Source: an uncultured Gemmatimonadota bacterium (GTDB lineage: Bacteria; GCA-2686955). Taken from it: a DNA stretch of 64,000 bases. Location of the stretch: the NCBI GenBank assembly GCA_964490075.1, contig CAZBBK010000010.1:1-64000 (forward strand), given 5' to 3'. The notes beneath the pieces are model-generated. The model was not told the DNA's origin, made no database searches, and saw only the letters and a program-made list of their open reading frames with translations. The position numbers and the translations under genes were made by a program. This document shows positions 41,173-49,783 of the stretch, in pieces; the first letter of the stretch is position 1; the number at the start of each line of letters is the position of its first letter.

Positions 41173-42672
41173 ATGCGTCTTTTCTTCCTCGCCTTGCCGC
41201 TCGCGCTCTCCCTGGGAATCGCCGCACCGGCCGCCGCCGGAAACGCCTTCGACCTGGTCCTGGCCGCCGACCCCTGGGGGGTAGAGATCGTCGCCGCGCG
41301 TGCGCGTGAGGGCGCGCGGCGGCCGCTCGAGCAGGCACCGCGAGCATTGCCGGGAACCTGGCTGGAGATCGTCGATCGCGAGGGAGTGACGCTCGACGCG
41401 ATCCACCTCGGCGATCCTCTGCTGGCACCCTACGACGACTGGAGCGGCCCCGAGCCGCGCGTGGGGCTGGCCCGGCTCGAGGAGCGGCTGCTCTTCGTCC
41501 CGCTGGCGCTGCCGGCCGGCGCCTCGCAGGTGCGGGTGGTCGGCGCCGACCGCGAGGTGCTGGACCGCGTCGACCGCGCCGAGATCGGCCGACTGGCGGC
41601 CCGCCCCGGCGCCGCCGCCGGCGCGGTGGTCGAGGCGGTGCGCATCACCGGCGACCCGGGCAATCGCCTCGATCTGCTCTTCATGGGCGACGGCTACCGG
41701 GTCGAGGAGTGGCCGCGTTTTCGCGACGACGTCGATGCCTGCGCCGACGCGCTGCTCGCATCCGAGCCCTTCCTCAGCTACCCCACCGGTATCAACCTCT
41801 GGCGTCTGCCCCTGCGCTCCGCCGAGTCGGGCGCCGATCACCCTTGCGAGGGGATCCGCAAGCAGACCCGCCTCGACGCCAGCTACGACTGGCCGGCCTG
41901 CCGGACCCGGATGATGTCCTACGACTACCTGGGCACCTGGCTCACCGCGGGCGCCGCGCTGCCGGAGTGGGACCACCTGATCGTGCTGGTCAACGACCCC
42001 GAGCGCGCCGGCGCCATGCCGCCTTTCGCACCGGGACCGGTCTACAGCAACCGCGACTTCGACTATCTCACGGTGCACGAGTGGATCGGCCACGACCTGG
42101 CGCGGCTGATGGACGAGTACGACGCCACCGAGGACGTCGGTCCGATCGGCGTCCCCTACAATCCGAACTGCTCGCTGACCCGCCTCTTGCCGCCCTGGCG
42201 CCACTGGATCCGGGAGGGCGAACCGGGCATCGGCGCTTTTCCCAACTGCGCCTTCGACAACCTCTACCGGCCGACCGACGCGGCCTGCGTGATGCGCGTG
42301 CTGTGGCCGCTCGGCTTCGACGCCTTCTGTCGCGAGCGGGCGATCAAGGGGCTTTTCCTGGTGGTCTCGCCGATCGACGGGACCGAACCGCCCGCCGGTT
42401 CCGAGCTGAACATCGGCGCCCGCGAGGAGATCGATGTCGAGGTACGGCCGCTGCAGCCGGTGAACCACCTCCTGCACTATTCCTGGCTGCTCGACGGGAC
42501 CGAGGTGCAGGCCGGGGAGCGACATTGGTACACCCTCGAGGGGGACGATCTCGGCGTCGGGTCGCACACCTTGCGGGTCGAGGTGGAGGATCCCAATCCG
42601 ATGGTGCTGAAGGATCGTCGCGCGCTGCTCAGCGATGCCGCCGGGTGGCATGTGATCCGGCGCCAGGACTAG
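41173..42672 (+). CDS. Secreted M64-family (IgA peptidase-like) metallopeptidase
   Basis: AGGAG RBS; signal peptide; 'NRLDLLFMGDGY', 'EPF..Y', 'SAESG', 'HEWIGHDLARLMDEY', 'YRPT..CVMR..F..FC.E'; C-terminal Ig-like domain. Confidence 0.82.
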   Translation: MRLFFLALPLALSLGIAAPAAAGNAFDLVLAADPWGVEIVAARAREGARRPLEQAPRALPGTWLEIVDREGVTLDAIHLGDPLLAPYDDWSGPEPRVGLARLEERLLFVPLALPAGASQVRVVGADREVLDRVDRAEIGRLAARPGAAAGAVVEAVRITGDPGNRLDLLFMGDGYRVEEWPRFRDDVDACADALLASEPFLSYPTGINLWRLPLRSAESGADHPCEGIRKQTRLDASYDWPACRTRMMSYDYLGTWLTAGAALPEWDHLIVLVNDPERAGAMPPFAPGPVYSNRDFDYLTVHEWIGHDLARLMDEYDATEDVGPIGVPYNPNCSLTRLLPPWRHWIREGEPGIGAFPNCAFDNLYRPTDAACVMRVLWPLGFDAFCRERAIKGLFLVVSPIDGTEPPAGSELNIGAREEIDVEVRPLQPVNHLLHYSWLLDGTEVQAGERHWYTLEGDDLGVGSHTLRVEVEDPNPMVLKDRRALLSDAAGWHVIRRQD

Positions 42673-42678
42673 GAGCCG

Positions 42679-45600
42679 ATGACCGATCTGATCGGGGGTC
42701 GATACCGTCTCGCCGGGCCGATCGGCCGGGGGGGGATGGGCGAGGTGTTTCGCGCCGAGGATCTGCTGGCGCGGGCACCGGTCTGTCTGAAACGAGCGCG
42801 CGCCCACGACACTCCTTCGGCGGTGCTGGCGCGGGTGCGGCGCGAGTTCCGGGTGGGACAGATGGTGACCCATCCCCATCTCTTGCCGATTCTCGATCTG
42901 ATCGAAGAGGGCGACGAGCCCTGGCTGGTGATGGAGCTGATCGACGGGCCCTCGCTGGAGGCGCTGCTGGAGCGTTGCGGCGGCGAAGCGTTGCCGGCGG
43001 CGGGGGTGGTCGCGCTGGGCCTGCAGCTGGCCCTCGGCCTCGACTGGTTCCACCGCTGGGTCGGCGAGAAGCATCGCGACATCAAGCCCGGCAACGTCTT
43101 GATCGAGCCCGCGTCTCCCGCTGAGAGAGGGGCGCTGGCGCTCGCAGACCTGGTGCCGGCGCATGGCGCCGCGGCCCCCTTCCGCGCCATGATCGCCGAC
43201 TTCGGTCTGGCCACCGGAGAGACCCGCATCTCGCGCACCGAAGCGGTTCCCGGCACCCTGCTCTTCACCGCGCCCGAGGTGCTGCGGCTGGGGAAGAAGG
43301 CGACGATTCAGTCCGATCTCTACTCCCTTGGCCGCACCCTCGAATGCGCGGCGCTCGGCTGCCCGCAGCCGCCCGCGGTCGAGCCGACCTCGACCGACAC
43401 CTTGCGCGAGCTGGTCGGCGACCGCCTGGGACGCGCCCTGGGGCGGCTTCTGGCCCCCGATCCGGCCGAGCGCTTTCCTTCTGCCGCCGAGCTCGGGCGG
43501 GCCCTGACGGAGATCGAGCAGCGCGGATCCAGGCCCCTGGCGGCGCCGAGCGGCCGCCCGCACTCGCTGGTCCGCCGCGATCAGCTCGACGAGCTGCTGC
43601 GGATCTGCGATGCGCCGCTGGGCCGAGAGGGGCGGATGGTGCTGCTGCGGGGGGCGGTGCTGAGCGGGCGCGCGACCTTGCTGCATCGGCTCGGCGAGGC
43701 GCTCGACGCGCCGGCGATCACGGTGCGCCGTGGCGACGAGGCGGCTCTTGCGCCGATCGCCCGGCTGGCGCAGGATCTGATCGCGGCGGCGGCCGCCAGC
43801 GAGGCGGCACGCCGCGAGCGGGTGCTCGGCGACGACGAGGGGGCGCTGCGCCTTCTGATCAAGAAAGCCGAGGCGCCGCGCGGCGAGCGTGCGAGCGCCG
43901 GCGACGCCTTGATGCAGGCGCTGGGTCGGGTGCTGCGGCGCTTCCTCGACGACGGCGGTTCTCATCTCCTGATCCATGATCTCGATCTGGCGCCTCCCGA
44001 AACCCTCGCGGCGCTGCAGAGAGTGATCGAGGCGTGCGGGCGCATGACGCTGGTGGCGAGCGCGGGCCTCGACCGGCGGTCGCGAGGGCTCGAGGGCTTC
44101 CTGGCGGCGGCGCGGCGGCGCTGGGTCGAGATCCACGAGATCGAGTGCGCGGAGCTCTCTCCGCGCGAGGCGGCGCTCTGGCTACGGCGGGTCTGCCCCG
44201 ATGCGAAGCCGGCCGCGGTGCGGGAGCTGGCGGAGCGCGCGCTCGACTGGTTCGGGCGCGGCGCGCGGGCGTTCTCGATGGGCGCGGCGCTGCTGCAGGC
44301 CGAGCGACTGCTGGAGCTAGACGACTCCGGCTCGCCGCGGGCGTTGGCGGCCGAGGACTGGCCGGTGGCGGGGCGTCTCGGGGCCGCCTACGCGCGTATG
44401 AGCGAGGAGCTGGGAGAGGCGGCGCGGAGGGTGTTGGCGGCGCTCGGTGCCGGATCGGAGCACGGTCTGGCCGCGGCGGAGCTGGCGGCCGGCCTGGGGA
44501 GCGACCAGGAGGCGGCCTCCGAGGCGCTGGAGCGGCTCCACCTGCGTGGTCTGGCGCGCATCGCCGCGGGTGCCGGCGATCGGCCGAGCTATGCGCCTGC
44601 GGCGCGGATGCTGGTCGATCCCGCCGTCGCCGAAGCGGTGGCCGAGGGGGACTTTCACCTGCGTGTCGCGGGTGCGCTCGACACCGGTGACGAGCCGATC
44701 ACGCTGCACAAGTGCGCCTTCCACCTGGAGCGCGCGGGCCGCCTCCAGGATGCGATCGAGAAGCTCGGCGCGCTGGCCCGACGCCTCGATCCGGTGGCCC
44801 CCCCGGCCGCCGCGGCGCAGCGCCTGCACGCGCTCTCCCTCGGGCCGGCGCCGGAGATGCGTCCGGCGCTGCTGCTGGAAGCGGCGCACGCGGCGGTCGA
44901 GCACCAGCCGCCCGAGGCGCGCCGGCTCTACGCGGAGGTGTTGGAGCGGCTCGAGCTGGCGCCGCCCGAGCTGCGTCCGCGGATCGAGTGCGAAGCACGC
45001 TGGGGCATGGTGGTGGTTGCACGTTTGATGGGCTGCCCCGCCGAGATGACGTGCGAGCTGAAGACGCTCGATGCCATGGGAGCGCTCGACCGCCCGCTGG
45101 AGGAGCTGCGGCTCCTGGCCCACGCGGCACCGAACCTGGAGACTCACCCCGACGAGGCCCTGGCGCTGCTGGAACGCTGTGCGCCCGAATCTGCGGACGG
45201 GCTCGGCCGAGTTGCGACCCGTTGGGCCGACTACCGCTTCTACGCCCTTTACTTCTCGGGTCGATTCGACGATGCGCAGGAGCACGCGGGGTACTGGCGC
45301 GATGCCGCCCTTGCTGCGGGAGACGACGTCGCCATGTCGATCTTCCTCCAACACCTGGCCAATGCGCGCGCGGTGCGCCGCCGCTCGGAAGAGGCGGAAG
45401 CCACCTTTCGGGACGCCCTGGAGCTGGCCGAGCAGACCGGCGCCGCATTGCGGATCGTGCAAACGGCGCTCAACTTCGGCCGCTTTCTGACGCGCGACGA
45501 CAAGGTCGCGGAGGCCCGCGCGGTGTTTTCTCGTGCGGAGCCTCGAGTGGAAAGCTGCGGGCCCTATCACCAGGCTCGGTTCCGCTACGACCTCGGCACG

Positions 45601-46392
45601 CTATACGCGCGGGTCGAGCTCTGGGACTCCGCGGTGGAACATTACAGTCGATCGTTGGCTGGCCTCGAGAAGCTCGGCCACCGCCACCGCTTCCTGGTGG
45701 CAGCGAATCTCGCTGAAGCCCATCTCAGCACCGGAGATACCGCGGCGGCCCGTGCCGCCTTCGAGCTCCTGGTCACCCAGGTTCGCGAGAAGAGCGATCT
45801 CGCCCCATCGACCCGAGACTCGCTGCTGGCCTGGGCGCGGATCCTCGAAGGGATGTTGCTCCGAGCGGAGGGGCGAGCGGGGCAATCGCTGGAGGTGCTG
45901 CGCAGCGAGCCGAGCGGCGGTCGGCAGGGTGCTGCCCAGGCCGACCTGGTGGAGCACCAGGCACGGGCGCTCTGCGAGGCCTTGCGCAGCCTGGGCAGGG
46001 CAGCCGAGGCCGAACCCATCGCCCGCGAGCGCGTCCAGAGGATCGACACCGACCGGCAGGTCGCCCGCGCTCCCGCCGCGCGCCGCCAACTGGCGGAGAT
46101 CCAGGCCGAGCTCGGCAAGTCGGAGGACGCACTGGGCGAGCTCAAGATCGCCCGTGGCGTCGCGGTGGCGCTGCGCCAGCGCAGGGAGGAATCGAGGATT
46201 TTCGTCTCCGCCGCGCGGGTACACGAGAAATCGGATGATATGAAACTGAGTCTGCGATGTCGTGCGACGGCACGCGCGCTGCGAGAGTGGCTGCGGGCAG
46301 GGCTCGTGAATGAGCCCCCCCCGATAACGCGATCCGGTGAAGCTTCATCTATGGAGACAGGGCGCACTGGGCGTCGCCAGATTCACCCCTGA
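42679..46392 (+). CDS. Hanks-type Ser/Thr kinase fused to a degenerate STAND/AAA_16-like NTPase and TPR array
   Basis: 'IGRGGMGEV', 'VCLK', 'HRDIKPGN', 'DFG', 'APE', 'SDLYSLG'; Walker-A-like 'GAVLSGRAT'; Walker-B-like 'LLIHDLD'; C-terminal TPR helices. Confidence 0.85.
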   Translation: MTDLIGGRYRLAGPIGRGGMGEVFRAEDLLARAPVCLKRARAHDTPSAVLARVRREFRVGQMVTHPHLLPILDLIEEGDEPWLVMELIDGPSLEALLERCGGEALPAAGVVALGLQLALGLDWFHRWVGEKHRDIKPGNVLIEPASPAERGALALADLVPAHGAAAPFRAMIADFGLATGETRISRTEAVPGTLLFTAPEVLRLGKKATIQSDLYSLGRTLECAALGCPQPPAVEPTSTDTLRELVGDRLGRALGRLLAPDPAERFPSAAELGRALTEIEQRGSRPLAAPSGRPHSLVRRDQLDELLRICDAPLGREGRMVLLRGAVLSGRATLLHRLGEALDAPAITVRRGDEAALAPIARLAQDLIAAAAASEAARRERVLGDDEGALRLLIKKAEAPRGERASAGDALMQALGRVLRRFLDDGGSHLLIHDLDLAPPETLAALQRVIEACGRMTLVASAGLDRRSRGLEGFLAAARRRWVEIHEIECAELSPREAALWLRRVCPDAKPAAVRELAERALDWFGRGARAFSMGAALLQAERLLELDDSGSPRALAAEDWPVAGRLGAAYARMSEELGEAARRVLAALGAGSEHGLAAAELAAGLGSDQEAASEALERLHLRGLARIAAGAGDRPSYAPAARMLVDPAVAEAVAEGDFHLRVAGALDTGDEPITLHKCAFHLERAGRLQDAIEKLGALARRLDPVAPPAAAAQRLHALSLGPAPEMRPALLLEAAHAAVEHQPPEARRLYAEVLERLELAPPELRPRIECEARWGMVVVARLMGCPAEMTCELKTLDAMGALDRPLEELRLLAHAAPNLETHPDEALALLERCAPESADGLGRVATRWADYRFYALYFSGRFDDAQEHAGYWRDAALAAGDDVAMSIFLQHLANARAVRRRSEEAEATFRDALELAEQTGAALRIVQTALNFGRFLTRDDKVAEARAVFSRAEPRVESCGPYHQARFRYDLGTLYARVELWDSAVEHYSRSLAGLEKLGHRHRFLVAANLAEAHLSTGDTAAARAAFELLVTQVREKSDLAPSTRDSLLAWARILEGMLLRAEGRAGQSLEVLRSEPSGGRQGAAQADLVEHQARALCEALRSLGRAAEAEPIARERVQRIDTDRQVARAPAARRQLAEIQAELGKSEDALGELKIARGVAVALRQRREESRIFVSAARVHEKSDDMKLSLRCRATARALREWLRAGLVNEPPPITRSGEASSMETGRTGRRQIHP

Positions 46393-46584
46393 TCCGCCAC
46401 ACAATTCGCGACCGGACCCTCCGAATCTCGTTCTTGGGCAAGGCGCCGCGCCGATTCGAACGCAGGCGTAGCAGAGCTGCGTCGGGCAGCGTATCGGTGC
46501 CAGCAACGCAGACCCGAGTGCAAGAGGCGCATGGCCAGTCGCGAACTGGGTGGAAGATTGGGCTCACCAACACCGGAGAGTACG

Positions 46585-47805
46585 ATGGCACGTGCGCTCG
46601 TGGCCGGCGCGGCGCTGGCATTTCTGATCATCGAGGCGGCGGGGGGAGTGATCTCGTCGCCTCGAAGCAGCGCCCCGGCTCCCAACGCCTGCGACACCCA
46701 CACGTCGATCCCCCGACCGGCGCGCCCGCCCGCGCAGCTCACGGACTGCGATCCGCCGCGGATCGTCACCGTCTTCGACCTGGTCGGCCCCGAGCAGATC
46801 GGCGACACCTGGCAGCAGATCGCCGACGACTCTCTGGGCTACGAGCTGATCGAGGTCAGCGCCCAGGAAGCACCGCCCACCGACTCCCTGGAGCTGGGCG
46901 ACGTGGTGGTGTGGACCACCGGCCTCGACACCCTGGAGTCCCCGGGAGACGTCTCCTGCCTGACGGCGGCCGAAGAAGAGACTTTGCTGGCCTATCTGCT
47001 CGACCCGTCGCCCGGCGTGACGCCCGCGCTCTACCTGGAGTCGCCGGACTATCTCGACGAGCAGCTCGGCGACGAGGCGGTGTCGCCCTTGGCCACGGCG
47101 CTCGGGATCGACGATGTCGACACCACCGACTACTCGCGCGACGAGCTGCTGCTGAATACCTGTGGCGAGCGCTGGCACTTCAAGGTCGGCTTCCACCGGC
47201 CTGCCCTGCGGCAGTACAACCAGGCCGACGACTACCGCGTGCTCGGCAGCGTCGGCACCCCTTTCCGGGCGGTCGACCCCGACACCGAGCGCATACCGGG
47301 CCACCTCTGGAACCAGGGCAGCTACAGCGTTCTCTTCACCACCTTCCTGCTGGCGAGCAACTCCGAACCGGGCGATCCGGGCGACTACCCGCAGGATTCG
47401 GTCACCTGGGTGCGCCTGGCGCTGACCGAGCTGGGGCATCCGCCGCGCTTTCACCTGGGGCCGACCTGGGCCGACACCACGCTCAGCGCTCCGCAGGGGG
47501 GAATCGTCTCCTTCGACGCTGTGATCTCGAACTGCATGAACGCCGCATATCGTGACAGAACTCCCGGCCTCGACACCGGGTTCGGGCTGCACGCCGCGAT
47601 CACCGACACCCTGGGTGTGGTGCTGCATCAGTTCAAGAAGATGTCGCTGGCGATGCCGGCCGACGACGACACCGTCGTCGCGCGGGCCCTGGAGATTCCC
47701 TCGTTCCTGGAGCCGGGCAGCTACGTGCTGGTGGAGGAGCTGGGCTACCTGCCGGGCCGCGACCATCTGAAGCGCCGCCGGGGCAGGCTCGAGATCGTGC
47801 CGTGA
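46585..47805 (+). CDS. Secreted hypothetical protein (alpha/beta domain plus C-terminal Ig-like domain)
   Basis: GGAGAG RBS; signal peptide MARALVAGAALAFL; 'DVVVWTTG...LT..EE..L..YL' motif; C-terminal 'LEIP....PGSY...LG..P'. Confidence 0.65.
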   Translation: MARALVAGAALAFLIIEAAGGVISSPRSSAPAPNACDTHTSIPRPARPPAQLTDCDPPRIVTVFDLVGPEQIGDTWQQIADDSLGYELIEVSAQEAPPTDSLELGDVVVWTTGLDTLESPGDVSCLTAAEEETLLAYLLDPSPGVTPALYLESPDYLDEQLGDEAVSPLATALGIDDVDTTDYSRDELLLNTCGERWHFKVGFHRPALRQYNQADDYRVLGSVGTPFRAVDPDTERIPGHLWNQGSYSVLFTTFLLASNSEPGDPGDYPQDSVTWVRLALTELGHPPRFHLGPTWADTTLSAPQGGIVSFDAVISNCMNAAYRDRTPGLDTGFGLHAAITDTLGVVLHQFKKMSLAMPADDDTVVARALEIPSFLEPGSYVLVEELGYLPGRDHLKRRRGRLEIVP

Positions 47806-49583
47806 GCCGGTCGCGCGATTCGAAAGGGAGCGCCGCCGCCGGCAGCTTCGACGAGGTGATTTCGCGCGCCGGCGACGTGCTCGGAGTGATCGAGCGCAGC
47901 GCGGCCGAGATCGACCCCGAGGGGCCGCATGTCGAGCAGACCGCGGAGGCGCTGCTCGCGTCCTGCGAGCGGCTGCGCAAGCTGCTGGGCGAGGCGCGCG
48001 CGGCGTCGCGGATGAGCGTGGCGGTACCGAGCCGCGAGTCGGCAATGCCGCGCGAGGCGGAGGCGGCGTCGGCGCGGCCCGGGATCGGGGTGCCGCGCGG
48101 GGACCACCCGGCCCAGGTCTCCCAGGACGCCGCGCTCCAGCTCGCCCGCGGCATCGACGCCGACCTGGTGCTGGTGGTAAAGACCCGAGGCGAGGGCGAT
48201 CCCTTCGAGCAGCTCGGTCGCGCCGGCTCCCATCCGCGTCACGACCAGCCCGAGCGGGCCCAGGAGACGCTCGACGCCAGCCGCGCGATCATCGAGAACG
48301 CGCGCAGCCGCAAGCAGCCCGAGCTGGTGGTCGACGCCTGGAACGATCCGCGCTACCAGCGCCGTCGCAGCGTCACCAGCCAGAACATCCGCTCGGTGAT
48401 GGCGGCACCGATGCTGAACCGCCAGGGAGTGGTCTTCGGCGTGGTCTACGCCGATCGCCGCGGCATCGCCTGCCGGCCATTCAGCGGCCGCGAGCAGCGC
48501 AGTTTCGAGGAGTTCGTCGCCGATACCACCGAGCTGCTGCTGGCGGCCCGCGATCTGGCGCGCAGCCTTCCCGACACCAGCGCCGACGCCGAGACCCGAC
48601 TGCGCGCCACGCGCAAGATCCTCGGCGATGCCGAGCCGATCGAGAAGGCGCGCCAGCTGGCGTCCGCCTACGCCACCACCCACGCCCCGGTGCTGATCAC
48701 CGGGGAGCGCGGCACCGGCAAGGAGCTCTTCGCGCGCGCGATCCACGACATGAGCCCCTGGCACGCCGGGCGCCTGGTGCGATTGCAGGGGCCCTTTCTG
48801 GTGGGCGACACCGGCAACGCCGAGATCCGCGGCTGGCGCAAGGGCGCCTTCACCGGTGCCATCGAGTCGCAGCCCGGCGCCTTCGAGCAGGCCGCCGACG
48901 GCACCCTCTTCATCGACGAGGTCGCCGATCTCGACCCCAAGGCCCAGGCGGCGCTGCTGGTCGCGCTCGACCCGGGAGTGGTGCGGCGCATGGGCGAGAC
49001 CGAGCCGCGGCGGGTCACGGCGCGGGTGATCGCGGCCACCAACCGCGACCTGCACGGCCTCGCCGCGGAAGGTCTGTTCCGGCGCGATCTTCTCGATCGC
49101 CTGTCGGCCCTGGAGCTGAGACTGCCGCCGCTGCGCGAGCGGCGCGCCGATCTGCTGCTGCTCTTCCGCCAGTTCATGGCGTCCACCGATCTGCCCCTGC
49201 AGAGTCGCCCCGGCGCGCTCTCGGAGGAGGCCGAGCGCTGGCTCATGTCTCATCCCCTGGAAGGGAATGTGCGCGAGCTGAAGAACCTGGCGACCCGCTC
49301 CTGTGTGCTGGCCGCGTTTCGCGACTCGCCGGTCATCGAGCCAGTCGACTTGATCGATCCCGCGAAGCCCTCGCCCTTGCTGCCCTGGCCCCAGTTCCGC
49401 CGCACCATGCTCGACCCGCTCTCGGGCGCGGAACGCGAGCGGGAGCTCGCCGCTTGGCTCGACGCCTGGCATCGCGAGACCCAGGGATCACGCAAAGCGA
49501 CCTGTGAGCAGGGCTGCCTGAGCGACACGCGGCTCAGGACTCTGATCAAAGAGGCGGGAAAGGGCACCGGCTGGGTGGGCTGA
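47802..49583 (+). CDS. GAF-domain sigma-54 enhancer-binding protein
   Basis: GAF 'DAWNDPRY..RSV....IRSVMAAPM....GVVYAD'; Walker A GERGTGKE; intact GAFTGA; 'LFIDEV'; 'AATNRDL', 'FRRDLLDRL', 'GNVREL'; divergent Fis-like HTH. Confidence 0.9.
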   Translation: MSRSRDSKGSAAAGSFDEVISRAGDVLGVIERSAAEIDPEGPHVEQTAEALLASCERLRKLLGEARAASRMSVAVPSRESAMPREAEAASARPGIGVPRGDHPAQVSQDAALQLARGIDADLVLVVKTRGEGDPFEQLGRAGSHPRHDQPERAQETLDASRAIIENARSRKQPELVVDAWNDPRYQRRRSVTSQNIRSVMAAPMLNRQGVVFGVVYADRRGIACRPFSGREQRSFEEFVADTTELLLAARDLARSLPDTSADAETRLRATRKILGDAEPIEKARQLASAYATTHAPVLITGERGTGKELFARAIHDMSPWHAGRLVRLQGPFLVGDTGNAEIRGWRKGAFTGAIESQPGAFEQAADGTLFIDEVADLDPKAQAALLVALDPGVVRRMGETEPRRVTARVIAATNRDLHGLAAEGLFRRDLLDRLSALELRLPPLRERRADLLLLFRQFMASTDLPLQSRPGALSEEAERWLMSHPLEGNVRELKNLATRSCVLAAFRDSPVIEPVDLIDPAKPSPLLPWPQFRRTMLDPLSGAERERELAAWLDAWHRETQGSRKATCEQGCLSDTRLRTLIKEAGKGTGWVG

Positions 49584-49679
49584 GCGCCACCGCCGCCCCG
49601 CAAAACTGCTGTCTCGTCTGCGCGATACCCGCAGAAGTGTGCCCTGTCCGTGCGGAGGCTGTTCATGTAAAACGTTGCA

Positions 49680-49692
49680 CATCAAGTAATTA
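49680..49692 (+). promoter_or_regulatory. IHF-like binding site
   Basis: cATCAAgtaaTTA matches WATCAANNNNTTR except at the first base; lies just upstream of a -24/-12 promoter. Confidence 0.55.
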
Positions 49693-49708
49693 GCTCGTTT
49701 CGCCCAGG

Positions 49709-49723
49709 TGGCGAGGCGCTTGC
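49709..49723 (+). promoter_or_regulatory. Sigma-54 (-24/-12) promoter upstream of the ECF sigma gene
   Basis: TGGC-GAGGCGC-TTGC with exact GG-N10-GC spacing, 60 nt before ATG49784, immediately downstream of an EBP gene. Confidence 0.65.
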
Positions 49724-49783
49724 CTTGGGAGTCCCCCGGAGGCCGGCCACGGTGGCCCGGCCCGAACGCCCGGGAAGGCTCCC

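Noticed and set aside
40459-44136. 1225-aa minus-strand ORF and other long shadow ORFs (e.g. 30349-33273, 35584-38577, 23041-25338)
   Set aside because: Antisense to well-supported genes, Arg/Pro/Ala-rich and without motifs; expected from stop-codon scarcity in high-GC DNA
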